64,000 bases of DNA from Fidelibacterota bacterium. GTDB taxonomy: Bacteria > Fidelibacterota > Marinisomatia > Marinisomatales > Marinisomataceae. Where the stretch lies: assembly GCA_965212055.1 (NCBI GenBank), contig OZ243041.1, forward strand, positions 704,001-768,000, written 5' to 3'. Shown in pieces: positions 30,282-39,267 of this stretch. Made by a program: the position numbers and the translations under genes. Numbering within the stretch: the first letter of the stretch is position 1; each line of letters opens with the position of its first letter. The notes beneath the pieces were generated by a model, which saw only the letters and a program-made list of their open reading frames with translations, ran no database searches and was not told the DNA's origin.

Positions 30282-31611
30282 TCTCTTTCTCAAATAAATT
30301 ATGTTTTAATTCAAACTCACTATCTTTTAATGGAGTTAAAAATCCATTACTTTTTTTAATATTAACTTTTCCTTTTAAATCTAATACATTTTGCCCAGTA
30401 ATTGTTACCAATAAGTCAGCAATACCATTAAGATTAGTATTCTCCAGCAAGGCAAAATAGATATTACTTCCATTTACGATTAAATTAAACTTTGGTTCCA
30501 GAATATTGCTAAAATCTATAGGTCCTCCAACTTGAAGATTAGGTACATCTTGATATTTGAATTTAACTTTCGGATTGGTAACTGTACCTGTAAGATCAAT
30601 CGATCCAATATTTTCTTTTATATACAATTTTACATTAAAATTTCTAATCGGCTCTGGTTTGAGATCTGCAGGAAATTTATTTAAATACATTCTGCTATTT
30701 TTAATGATCAACTCTGCATTTTTTATCCCCAAATCTTCTTCATCTATAATCCAACGTAATTTGTCTTTCTCCTTCCAGCTTTTAGCACTAAGACAGATAG
30801 AAAAATCAACTTCTTCTTTTTCATCTTGAATAGAATCAATTTCGTCAAAAAAAGTACTTAGATAGTTAGCTTTAAAATCATCTCCAGCTTTTGCATAAAG
30901 ACTAAAGGAAGTAAGCAATGGATTGGATTGTCCTGTTTTCTTATTATACGTTCCTTTTATAAAAAATTCTCCAGAAAAATTTACTAACGTTAAACTATCA
31001 TCGACTATATAGGCACCATCTGAAGGAACTAATGAACAATCTGTTTTTTCTCCAATTTCTATTCGGAAATCAGTATTGCTATAAGGTAGCGGAGTATATC
31101 CGTCTTGTTTTTCTTTATATAGTATTTCAGAAAAATTTGACATTGATTCGATAAAATCATCAATATATTTTATATCTATAGTAACATTTTTGAGTTTTAC
31201 ATCAACGTATTCACTAGAAATACATGGACGAGGATATTGTTTTATATTTTGACCCAATAATACAGTTTTTATAAAGAAAGAGATAAGGTCTAAAGGTCTA
31301 TAACATCCTGTCATTTCAATAGGCGATTTTACATTTACAACAGTTCTGTATTTATCACCATCTTTTACCTTAATAGTCAGATTTTCTGACATAATATCAA
31401 CTACAATACTAGAAAAACCTGACTCAGAGACAATGTATTCAGCAGTAATAATAGGGCTTTCATATTGAAAAGTATAATTTTCGATTGAAAAAGAATCAGG
31501 AATATCTGTATAGCCATTGTTAGAAATTTCCTTGAACGAAGAAAATAACATCACAGAAAGGGATAAAAAGAGTATTATAACTAAGAGAAATAAGTTTCTA
31601 AGCAGTCTCAT
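30274..31611 (-). CDS. Hypothetical protein with N-terminal membrane anchor (possibly AsmA/TamB-like)
   Basis: 445-aa ORF, N-terminal TM, beta-rich C-terminal half. Confidence 0.6.
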   Translation of the reverse strand: MRLLRNLFLLVIILFLSLSVMLFSSFKEISNNGYTDIPDSFSIENYTFQYESPIITAEYIVSESGFSSIVVDIMSENLTIKVKDGDKYRTVVNVKSPIEMTGCYRPLDLISFFIKTVLLGQNIKQYPRPCISSEYVDVKLKNVTIDIKYIDDFIESMSNFSEILYKEKQDGYTPLPYSNTDFRIEIGEKTDCSLVPSDGAYIVDDSLTLVNFSGEFFIKGTYNKKTGQSNPLLTSFSLYAKAGDDFKANYLSTFFDEIDSIQDEKEEVDFSICLSAKSWKEKDKLRWIIDEEDLGIKNAELIIKNSRMYLNKFPADLKPEPIRNFNVKLYIKENIGSIDLTGTVTNPKVKFKYQDVPNLQVGGPIDFSNILEPKFNLIVNGSNIYFALLENTNLNGIADLLVTITGQNVLDLKGKVNIKKSNGFLTPLKDSEFELKHNLFEKENG

Positions 31612-31649
31612 TGCTTTTGAAACTAATAATTAATAGCATAATAAAAAAT

Positions 31650-31736
31650 CTAATCTTCTTCTACAACTTCAAAATCAGCGTCTTCTATTTTTTTATCGTC
31701 TTTTACCTTGCCAGTATCCTGTTTTGAATCTGGTTG
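31650..31736 (-). pseudogene. Detached native 3' end of dnaK ([28 protein letters not shown])
   Basis: Second repeat copy continues into the canonical DnaK terminal DA(D/E)FE motif and a TAG at 31652-31650, but is out of frame with dnaK. Confidence 0.85.
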
Positions 31737-31798
31737 CTAAAAATTTTCATTAGTCAGTCGTCTTTTACCTTGCCAGTATCCTGTTTTGAATCTGGTTG
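31696..31798. repeat. Exact 41-bp direct repeat (31696-31736 and 31758-31798) separated by a 21-bp unique spacer
   Basis: TCGTCTTTTACCTTGCCAGTATCCTGTTTTGAATCTGGTTG occurs twice. Confidence 0.97.
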
Positions 31799-33622
31799 AG
31801 GTGCATCGCCTGCATCTTTAGAAGATTGATACATACTGGAAGCTTTTGTATTCCAAACAGAATTTAAATTCTCAATTCCTGCTTTAATATCATCAACATT
31901 GGTTGAGGTATTTGCTTCTTTTAGCTTATCTAATGCATCATTTAGATCTTTTTTATCATCATCAGTTAATTTATCATCTAGTTCTTTCATTTGTTTTTCT
32001 GTTTGATAAATTAATTGCTCTGCTTGATTTTTTGTGTCAATCTGATCTCTTTTTTCTTTGTCTTCTGATTCATGTTTCTTAGCATCGTTGACCATTTTCT
32101 CAATTTCTTGATCAGATAAACCACTTGAAGCTTCGATTCTGATACTTTGCTCTTTTCCAGAAGCCTTATCAACCGCTTTGACATTTAGAATACCATCGGC
32201 ATCCATATCAAATGATACTTCAATCTGAGGTACGCCTCGTGGAGATGGAGGAATTCCATCCAAGTGAAAACGTCCAATAGTCTTATTATCAACAGCCATC
32301 TGTCTTTCACCTTGAGTAACAATAATCTCTACAGCTGGTTGATTGTCTGCTGCGGTACTAAATATCTGAGATTTCTGTGTTGGTATAGTTGTATTCTTTT
32401 CAATCAGTCCTGTAGAAACGCCCCCTAGCGTTTCAATTCCTAACGTCAAAGGAGTCACATCAAGCAATAACACATCGTCTACATCACCAGCAAGAACTCC
32501 TGCCTGGATTGCAGCTCCTAATGCAACGACTTCATCTGGATTAACACTTTGATTTGGATCTTTTCCAAAAATATTTTTTACTTTATCTTGAATACAAGGA
32601 ATTCTTGTTGATCCACCAACCAATATTACTTCATCAATATCTTTTGCAGTTAACTTTGCATCTTTTAATGCCTGCTTACAAGGACCGACTACTCTTTCAA
32701 CAAGGTCTGCAACCAATTTCTCGAAATTTGCCCTAGTTAAAGTTGTATTTAAATGTTTAGGCCCAGAAGAATCAGCAGTAATAAATGGTAAATTGATTTC
32801 TGTTTGTTTTGAAGATGATAGTTCTTTCTTTGCATTTTCTGCTGCATCTTTTAAACGTTGCAAAGCCATTGGATCTTTTCGTAAATCAATGCCTTCATTC
32901 TTTTTAAAATCATCAGCTAGCCAATCAACAACTTTTTGGTCAAAATCATCTCCACCTAATCTACCATCACCATTACTAGCGTTTACTTCTATTGACTGTC
33001 CATCATCATTCACAATATCTAAGATAGAAATATCAAATGTACCTCCACCTAAATCAAATACAGCTATTTTTTCATCTTTCTTTTTGTCAAGACCATAAGC
33101 CAATGATGCGGCTGTCGGTTCATTAATAATTCTTTTAACATTTAAACCAGCAATCTTCCCTGCATCTTTAGTAGCTTTTCTTTGGGAATCATTAAAGTAC
33201 GCAGGAACAGTAATAACAGCATCTGTTACATCCGTTCCTAAATGTTGTTCGGCCATTTGTTTCATCTTCTGTAAAACCATGGCACTAATTTCTTGTGGTT
33301 GATATTCTTTGCTATTTGCATTCACAAGCACTTTCTTGCCTTTAACTGCTACTTTATAAGATACGTCTTTTGTATCTTGTTCTATTTCAGCAGGCGTTCT
33401 ACCCATAAATCTTTTAATTGAATAAATAGTATTAGTTGGATTTGTAACAGCTTGTCGTTTTGCTGGATCCCCAACCAAACGATCACCTTCTTTTGTGAAT
33501 GCTACTACGGAAGGGGTCGTTCTTCCTCCTTCAGGACTTGTAATAACAGTTGGCTCTCCACCCTCCATCACAGATACACACGAATTTGTTGTACCTAAGT
33601 CTATTCCAATAATTTTTCCCAT
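31754..33622 (-). CDS. dnaK: Chaperone DnaK (Hsp70), lacking its last 14 aa as assembled
   Basis: [54 protein letters not shown]. Confidence 0.98.
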   Translation of the reverse strand: MGKIIGIDLGTTNSCVSVMEGGEPTVITSPEGGRTTPSVVAFTKEGDRLVGDPAKRQAVTNPTNTIYSIKRFMGRTPAEIEQDTKDVSYKVAVKGKKVLVNANSKEYQPQEISAMVLQKMKQMAEQHLGTDVTDAVITVPAYFNDSQRKATKDAGKIAGLNVKRIINEPTAASLAYGLDKKKDEKIAVFDLGGGTFDISILDIVNDDGQSIEVNASNGDGRLGGDDFDQKVVDWLADDFKKNEGIDLRKDPMALQRLKDAAENAKKELSSSKQTEINLPFITADSSGPKHLNTTLTRANFEKLVADLVERVVGPCKQALKDAKLTAKDIDEVILVGGSTRIPCIQDKVKNIFGKDPNQSVNPDEVVALGAAIQAGVLAGDVDDVLLLDVTPLTLGIETLGGVSTGLIEKNTTIPTQKSQIFSTAADNQPAVEIIVTQGERQMAVDNKTIGRFHLDGIPPSPRGVPQIEVSFDMDADGILNVKAVDKASGKEQSIRIEASSGLSDQEIEKMVNDAKKHESEDKEKRDQIDTKNQAEQLIYQTEKQMKELDDKLTDDDKKDLNDALDKLKEANTSTNVDDIKAGIENLNSVWNTKASSMYQSSKDAGDAPQPDSKQDTGKVKDD

Positions 33623-33657
33623 AATTTCTCCTAAAATTTAATTTTCAGTATTATTGT

Positions 33658-33673
33658 TGCAAAGATTATGCCA
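33658..33673 (-). promoter_or_regulatory. Putative sigma54 (-24/-12) promoter of dnaK
   Basis: TGGCATAATCTTTGCA matches TGGCAC-N5-TTGCW with exact spacing. Confidence 0.65.
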
Positions 33674-33685
33674 ATAAGATATATA

Positions 33686-33711
33686 TGTCATATTGATATA
33701 AAAATATGACA
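33686..33711. promoter_or_regulatory. Inverted repeat, candidate regulator binding site upstream of dnaK
   Basis: TGTCATATT-N8-AATATGACA, perfect 9-bp arms. Confidence 0.5.
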
Positions 33712-33734
33712 ATATGGCACTAAATTAAGGTATT

Positions 33735-34394
33735 TTATAGATTTAGAAGCTTACCGTCAGACAATTCCATCTTTTGATGGCCTATATCAAAAACCTTATT
33801 GTCATGGGTAGCAATCACGAAAGTTAATCCAAAATCTTTGTTTAATTTTTTAAACAAATCAATCAATTTTGTGGCATTATTTGAATCTAAATTTCCAGTG
33901 GGTTCATCTGCTATGATAATTGAAGGTTTATTAATTACAGCTCTCATTACAGATACTCTTTGTTTTTCTCCGCCAGACAAATCTAATGGAAATGAATCTT
34001 TTTTATTTAATAACCCAAAATATTCAAAAAGTGTATCTAAAAAATCTTGATCAACCTTCTTACCTGAAATCAGTGCTGGAACAGAAATATTTTCAATAAC
34101 ATTTAGTTCTGGTATAAGGTTATGAAACTGAAAGATGAATCCAAGATGATTATTACGGATATCAGAAAAATCATTACAATCGTTCAAATTAATATCATTA
34201 ATAAAAATATCCCCACTATCTGGGTTATCTAAAGTACCTAATAAGCTTAACAAAGTTGACTTGCCTGATCCAGAAGGGCCTTTTATGGTTAGAATAGAAC
34301 CTTTTTTAACCTCGAATGAAATGCCTTTCAATACTTCTAGTTTAATACCTACATCATCATAAGATTTCTTAATATTTTTTACTGATAATATCAT
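33735..34394 (-). CDS. lolD: Lipoprotein-releasing ABC transporter ATP-binding subunit
   Basis: GPSGSGKST, GFIFQFHNL, LSGGEKQR, ADEPTGNLD; follows two LolC/E-type permeases. Confidence 0.85.
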   Translation of the reverse strand: MILSVKNIKKSYDDVGIKLEVLKGISFEVKKGSILTIKGPSGSGKSTLLSLLGTLDNPDSGDIFINDINLNDCNDFSDIRNNHLGFIFQFHNLIPELNVIENISVPALISGKKVDQDFLDTLFEYFGLLNKKDSFPLDLSGGEKQRVSVMRAVINKPSIIIADEPTGNLDSNNATKLIDLFKKLNKDFGLTFVIATHDNKVFDIGHQKMELSDGKLLNL

Positions 34395-35521
34395 ATATTT
34401 TTATTAATTAAAATTATAGGATTTATTTTTTTCATAATCATCAAAGGCAAAGATGCAAATATGCCAACAATTATTATTGAAAATGATATTAATAAAGAAA
34501 TTTCTTTAAAACCAATCTTCATTGGAAGCTTCTCCACAATATAAAACTCTGGATTTAACATGATGAATCCAAATTGGTTCTGCAAAATAATAAGCAATGA
34601 GGATAATAATACTCCTCCAATAATTGCAGTAAGTGATAAGAGATAGCCATAAGTAAGAAAAACCATAGATATTTTTCTTTCTGTCATTCCAAAAGCATTT
34701 AAAATAGCCATTTCTCGTGTTTTCTTTGTTGAAATCTGTAGAATGGAAGATGATAAATTAAATGAAGCAACTATGATAATTAGAAATAATGTAAAAAAAG
34801 CAATTTTCTTTTCAATTTCTGTCGCTTCAAAGAGTTGTTTATTTCTATCTTTCCACGAAACTAGTTTGTCCTTAGAATATTTCCCCAACAACCCTTCAAT
34901 ATTGCCCAATATTTCAATTCCAGTAAATTCATTAGCAAGATTATTGTTGTCAAAAGAATTAAAAGCAAGAAATTCATCAGATCGTAATATTTTGTTACTA
35001 TAAATATCTTTTACAAATAATTTTTTATGAGGAATAATAGTTACATTGTTTACAGCAAGATTGGTATCATATATTGAAATTGAATCACCAATACTTATAT
35101 TCATTTTTTCAGCTAAAGATTTACCAATGATGATATCATTATTGCCTACAGAATTACTATTTAATCGATCTAAATCATAAAAAGTATTAATTTGATCTGT
35201 AAATACTGTCTTCAATTTTATTAATGATTGCTTGTTTCCTTTTAAAACAAAGAATTCTTCTTCAAAAAACGGGGAATATTTAAAATCACTATCAATATTT
35301 CTTACAAAATCTTCATTTGTATCTAAAAGAATATAATCCCCATATAGTTTCTTTGTTTCGTCACCCAATACATTTTGAAATCCATTTAAAACAGCGATAG
35401 ATAACACAATAGAAGCTGCTCCAATAAACAATCCTAAGAATGAAACAATATTGATCATCCCTCCTTGAAATAAATTCCTAGAAATCAAAAATCTTTTGGC
35501 TATTAAAAATATTATATTCAT
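34391..35521 (-). CDS. LolC/E-family ABC permease
   Basis: SIVLSIAVLNGFQ, IIIVASFNL, 4-TM FtsX/LolE topology. Confidence 0.85.
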   Translation of the reverse strand: MNIIFLIAKRFLISRNLFQGGMINIVSFLGLFIGAASIVLSIAVLNGFQNVLGDETKKLYGDYILLDTNEDFVRNIDSDFKYSPFFEEEFFVLKGNKQSLIKLKTVFTDQINTFYDLDRLNSNSVGNNDIIIGKSLAEKMNISIGDSISIYDTNLAVNNVTIIPHKKLFVKDIYSNKILRSDEFLAFNSFDNNNLANEFTGIEILGNIEGLLGKYSKDKLVSWKDRNKQLFEATEIEKKIAFFTLFLIIIVASFNLSSSILQISTKKTREMAILNAFGMTERKISMVFLTYGYLLSLTAIIGGVLLSSLLIILQNQFGFIMLNPEFYIVEKLPMKIGFKEISLLISFSIIIVGIFASLPLMIMKKINPIILINKNI

Positions 35522-36687
35522 TAGTTTTTAAGAATTTTTGATGGGTTAATAGACAAAATTTGAAGCAATGCTATCAATGAAAAAACAACACTTGCAATTA
35601 CACTAATGGCAAGAATATATAGAGAATTTTTTACGCTGAATAGCATAGGTAAATAACTAACAAAATAAATATTTTCTGATAGCGAAATAATATGAAACTT
35701 CTCTTGCAGAAGGACAATAATAAAAGATAGAAAAATACCTAATATCGAACCAATCAGCGCTAATACTACACCTTGAATCGTAAATAGAAATGATAATCTT
35801 TTATTTGACATTCCATATGTTTTCATAATTGCTAGATTAAATCTTTTCTCATAAAAGAGAATATTGATTGAACTCATTAGATTGAAATAAGATACTAAAG
35901 CAATTAAACTAAAAATAAATATAATTGGCCATTTCTGAGTATTAATCCACCTAAAAAGCTCACTGTGTCTATCTTTAAGATTAATTTGATAAAATGGCAA
36001 ATCTAATTCCTGAATATTAAGAGATTGATCAAATACCATCCAACCACTGATATGATCATCAACACTGAAATAAGATTGAACTACTTCTATTGGCATAAAA
36101 ATTAGTCTTGAATCGTAATCATAGATGCCAGAAGAATAAATATCTTTCACTTTTAGAAATAAAAATCTTTCCTTGTTTACAATTGATTGGTTTGCTAGTG
36201 GATTTAATAAGATGAGAGGATCGCCTTTTTGTATTTCCAACTTATTAGCTAGTTCATTTCCGATAATAACATCATTATTAGATAATTGATTCTGGCTAGT
36301 ATGTTTAAAAAGAGTAAAATGATTGAGATTATCTGCTTGTACACCATATATAATAACATTATTGCTACTTGCTTTAGATTTTATGATAGCAGGTTTTTCA
36401 ATATATTCAAAAATAAGAGATTTGTCCTCTTGAACTATATCAGATAATGGTATTTCTGATCTGTCAAAGGTATTTTGAAATAAATTATTGATTGTAGAAT
36501 AGCCATTTATACTTGATAATTTTTCAAAAATCTTATTCTCGAAACCTGATACTGAACTCAATACTATATTTAGAGATGCAATACCAATAGATAGACTAAT
36601 AATTGAAACAAGGTTTGTTATTCTGAAAAAAAAATTACTTTGTCTTGAGAAGAATAATCTTTTTAAAACAAGAAATATAAAATTCAT
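35521..36687 (-). CDS. LolC/E-family ABC permease
   Basis: IGIASLNIVLSSVSGFE, SGIYDYD, IYFVSYLP. Confidence 0.85.
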   Translation of the reverse strand: MNFIFLVLKRLFFSRQSNFFFRITNLVSIISLSIGIASLNIVLSSVSGFENKIFEKLSSINGYSTINNLFQNTFDRSEIPLSDIVQEDKSLIFEYIEKPAIIKSKASSNNVIIYGVQADNLNHFTLFKHTSQNQLSNNDVIIGNELANKLEIQKGDPLILLNPLANQSIVNKERFLFLKVKDIYSSGIYDYDSRLIFMPIEVVQSYFSVDDHISGWMVFDQSLNIQELDLPFYQINLKDRHSELFRWINTQKWPIIFIFSLIALVSYFNLMSSINILFYEKRFNLAIMKTYGMSNKRLSFLFTIQGVVLALIGSILGIFLSFIIVLLQEKFHIISLSENIYFVSYLPMLFSVKNSLYILAISVIASVVFSLIALLQILSINPSKILKN

Positions 36688-38159
36688 TTTAATGATTTAA
36701 GTGTTGGAAAAAGAATGGCATCTCTGATCCATCTTGTATCAATAAATAACATGGTCAAACGATCAATTCCAATACCAACGCCTGCTGTAGGAGGCATTCC
36801 TGTTTCAATAGCTTCTAAGAAATTTTCATCAACTGGAAAAGCATTTTCATCTCCATCTTCTCTCTTTTTTGATTGATCTTCAAATCTATTTCTTTGATCT
36901 ATTGGATCATTAAGTTCAGAAAAACCATTAGCAAATTCCATTCCCGCAATGAATAATTCGAATCTTTCCGTAAAATTTTTATTACCATCTCTATTAATTT
37001 TAGCTAATGGAGATATTTCTACAGGATGATTAATAACATAAGTTGGATTAATCAAATTAGGTTCAATTTTTCTTCTCATTATTTCATCAATCATTTTAGC
37101 TAGACCATCGCTCTTTTTAACCTTCAAATCTAATTGTTTACATAAATTGAGTACTGCTTTTATATCACTTAAATCTACAGATTCACCAGTATGTTCCTGG
37201 ATTAATTCATCCATTGATTTTCTTGCAAATTTCTTGGAAAGATTAATCTTATGTCCATCCCAAGAGATTGTTTTCATATTTAAGTCATTTGCTACTTTTT
37301 TAAACATTTTTTCAACAAAATCCATCATAAAATTATAATCAGCATATGCTTGATAAAATTCCAACATAGTAAATTCAGGATTATGGCTACGATCAATACC
37401 TTCATTTCTGAAATCTTTTGACATTTCATAAACTTTTTCAAATCCGCCAACAATTAATTGTTTTAGATAAAGTTCGGTTGCAATTCTTAAATAAAATTCT
37501 TGATCTAAAGCATTATGAAATGTCTTAAAAGGTTTTGCATTTGCTCCTCCATACACAGGTTGCAATACTGGTGTTTCTACTTCTATGTAACCATTTGTGT
37601 TTAAGAATTCTCTAATTGAATTAACAATCTTAAATCGTTTCACATAATTTTCTTTTGTTTCTGGATTAATAATTAAGTCTAAATAACGCTTTCTATATCG
37701 AAATTCTTTGTCAGAAACCAAATTATATTTTTCTCCATCTTTCTCTTTTACATCAGGTATTGGTCTTAAATTTTTGCTTAAGAGAGTTAATGTCTTCACT
37801 TTTACTGTAACAGCACCCGTCTTGGTAATAAAAACTGTTCCACTAACCCCGATATGATCTCCAATATCTATTAATTTGAAAAGATTATAGCTATCATCAC
37901 CAACATCATCTTTTGCTATATATAATTGCACTCTTCCTGATTCATCTTGGATATTTGTAAAGGCAGCTTTTCCCATATTTCGCAATGACATTACTCTACC
38001 TGCAACAGAAACTTTCTTATCAACAATATCTTCAGTTACTTCACTTGTAGTATGACTACATTTAAATTCATATGGGTAGGGATTGATACCTAAATCGCGG
38101 ATTTTCTTTAACTTTTCTAGACGACTTTCTATAATTTGTTCTAAACTTTTATTTTCCAT
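36684..38159 (-). CDS. lysS: Lysine--tRNA ligase (class II)
   Basis: YRKRYLDLI, EVETP, LRIATELYLK, FRNEG, HNPEFT, GIGIDRL. Confidence 0.98.
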   Translation of the reverse strand: MENKSLEQIIESRLEKLKKIRDLGINPYPYEFKCSHTTSEVTEDIVDKKVSVAGRVMSLRNMGKAAFTNIQDESGRVQLYIAKDDVGDDSYNLFKLIDIGDHIGVSGTVFITKTGAVTVKVKTLTLLSKNLRPIPDVKEKDGEKYNLVSDKEFRYRKRYLDLIINPETKENYVKRFKIVNSIREFLNTNGYIEVETPVLQPVYGGANAKPFKTFHNALDQEFYLRIATELYLKQLIVGGFEKVYEMSKDFRNEGIDRSHNPEFTMLEFYQAYADYNFMMDFVEKMFKKVANDLNMKTISWDGHKINLSKKFARKSMDELIQEHTGESVDLSDIKAVLNLCKQLDLKVKKSDGLAKMIDEIMRRKIEPNLINPTYVINHPVEISPLAKINRDGNKNFTERFELFIAGMEFANGFSELNDPIDQRNRFEDQSKKREDGDENAFPVDENFLEAIETGMPPTAGVGIGIDRLTMLFIDTRWIRDAILFPTLKSLK

Positions 38160-38171
38160 CGCTCAATAAAC

Positions 38172-39267
38172 TTATTTCTTTTTTTCCATTTTATCTAATA
38201 AATAACTATATATAAAGTCATCAATGTTTCCATCCATAACACTTTTTACATTTCCAACTTCAAACTTTGTTCTATGGTCTTTTATCATATTATAAGGATG
38301 AAAAACATAAGACCGAATTTGATTCCCCCAAGCAATATCTTTCTTATTATCCTCTAATAATTTTTTTGATTCCAAATTTTTTTCAATCTCTATTTGATAA
38401 ATCTTTGATTTCAATACTTTTAGTGCTTGTTCTTTATTCTTGTGCTGAGATCGCTGACTTTGGCATTGAGTAACGATACCTGTTGGTATGTGTGTAATCC
38501 TAATAGCAGAATCCGTCTTATTGACATGTTGTCCTCCTGCACCACTTGCTCGAAATGTATCAATTCTTAAATCTTTCTGATTTACCTCTATGTTAACAGC
38601 TTCATCAGCCACAGGATAAACAAAAACAGAAGCAAATGAGGTATGTCTTCTACTATTGGAATCAAAAGGAGAAATTCGAACTAACCTATGAATTCCAACT
38701 TCTGACTGAAGAAGCCCATATGCATAACTACCTACAACTTCAATTGTACAATCCTTAATACCGGCTTCGTCTCCTGATTGGAAGTCGATAGTATTAAATT
38801 TAAAGTTTTTAGATTCTCCCCACATAGAATACATTCTGTATAACATCTGTGCCCAATCTTGACTTTCTGTCCCACCAGCACCTGGATGAATCGAAATAAT
38901 TGCATCCTTAGAATCATTTTTTCCATTGAGAATTAACTTTAATTCAAATTCTTTAATTAGTTTCGAGAAATTTTTTAATTCTATTTCAAACTCAGATTCA
39001 CTAACCTGATTATCGTTCAAGAAATCATATAGGACTTCAATATCGCTTGATTTTTGAATTAACTCTTTTCTTAATTCTATATCTTTTTCAGACATAGATA
39101 TTGCTTTCATTAAAGATGCTGTTTTTTGATTATCTTTCCAGAGAGAAGGATCTGATGTTTTTTCTTTTAGTGCAGCAAGAGAGGTTTCTTTGCCTTCAAG
39201 GTCAAAGATACCTCCTAATCTGATTAAATTTTTCTAGTAGAGAATTATATTTTTCTTTTAAATCCAT
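38172..39267 (-). CDS. prfB: Peptide chain release factor 2 with programmed +1 frameshift
   Basis: ATG 39267 encodes MDLKEKYNSLLEKFNQIRRYL, then CTT-TGA-C; the +1 frame contains SPF and GGQ motifs. Confidence 0.97.
39201..39216 (-). other. prfB frameshift cassette
   Basis: AGGAGG-TAT-CTT-TGA-C: internal SD, slippery codon and stop. Confidence 0.97.

Noticed and set aside
31737..31757. Insert resembles a spliceosomal branch point and 3' splice site (CTGAC/CTAAT...TTTTTAG), or a TGA read-through/selenocysteine site
   Set aside because: Bacterial context with no matching 5' splice site; read-through of the TGA would not be in frame with the native tail; no SECIS-like hairpin
31696..31798. Two-repeat mini CRISPR array
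   Set aside because: The repeat is dnaK coding sequence, non-palindromic, only two copies, and no cas genes
33623..33734. CIRCE/HrcA operator upstream of dnaK
   Set aside because: No TTAGCACTC-N9-GAGTGCTAA match; the TGGCA..TTGCA element fits sigma54 spacing instead
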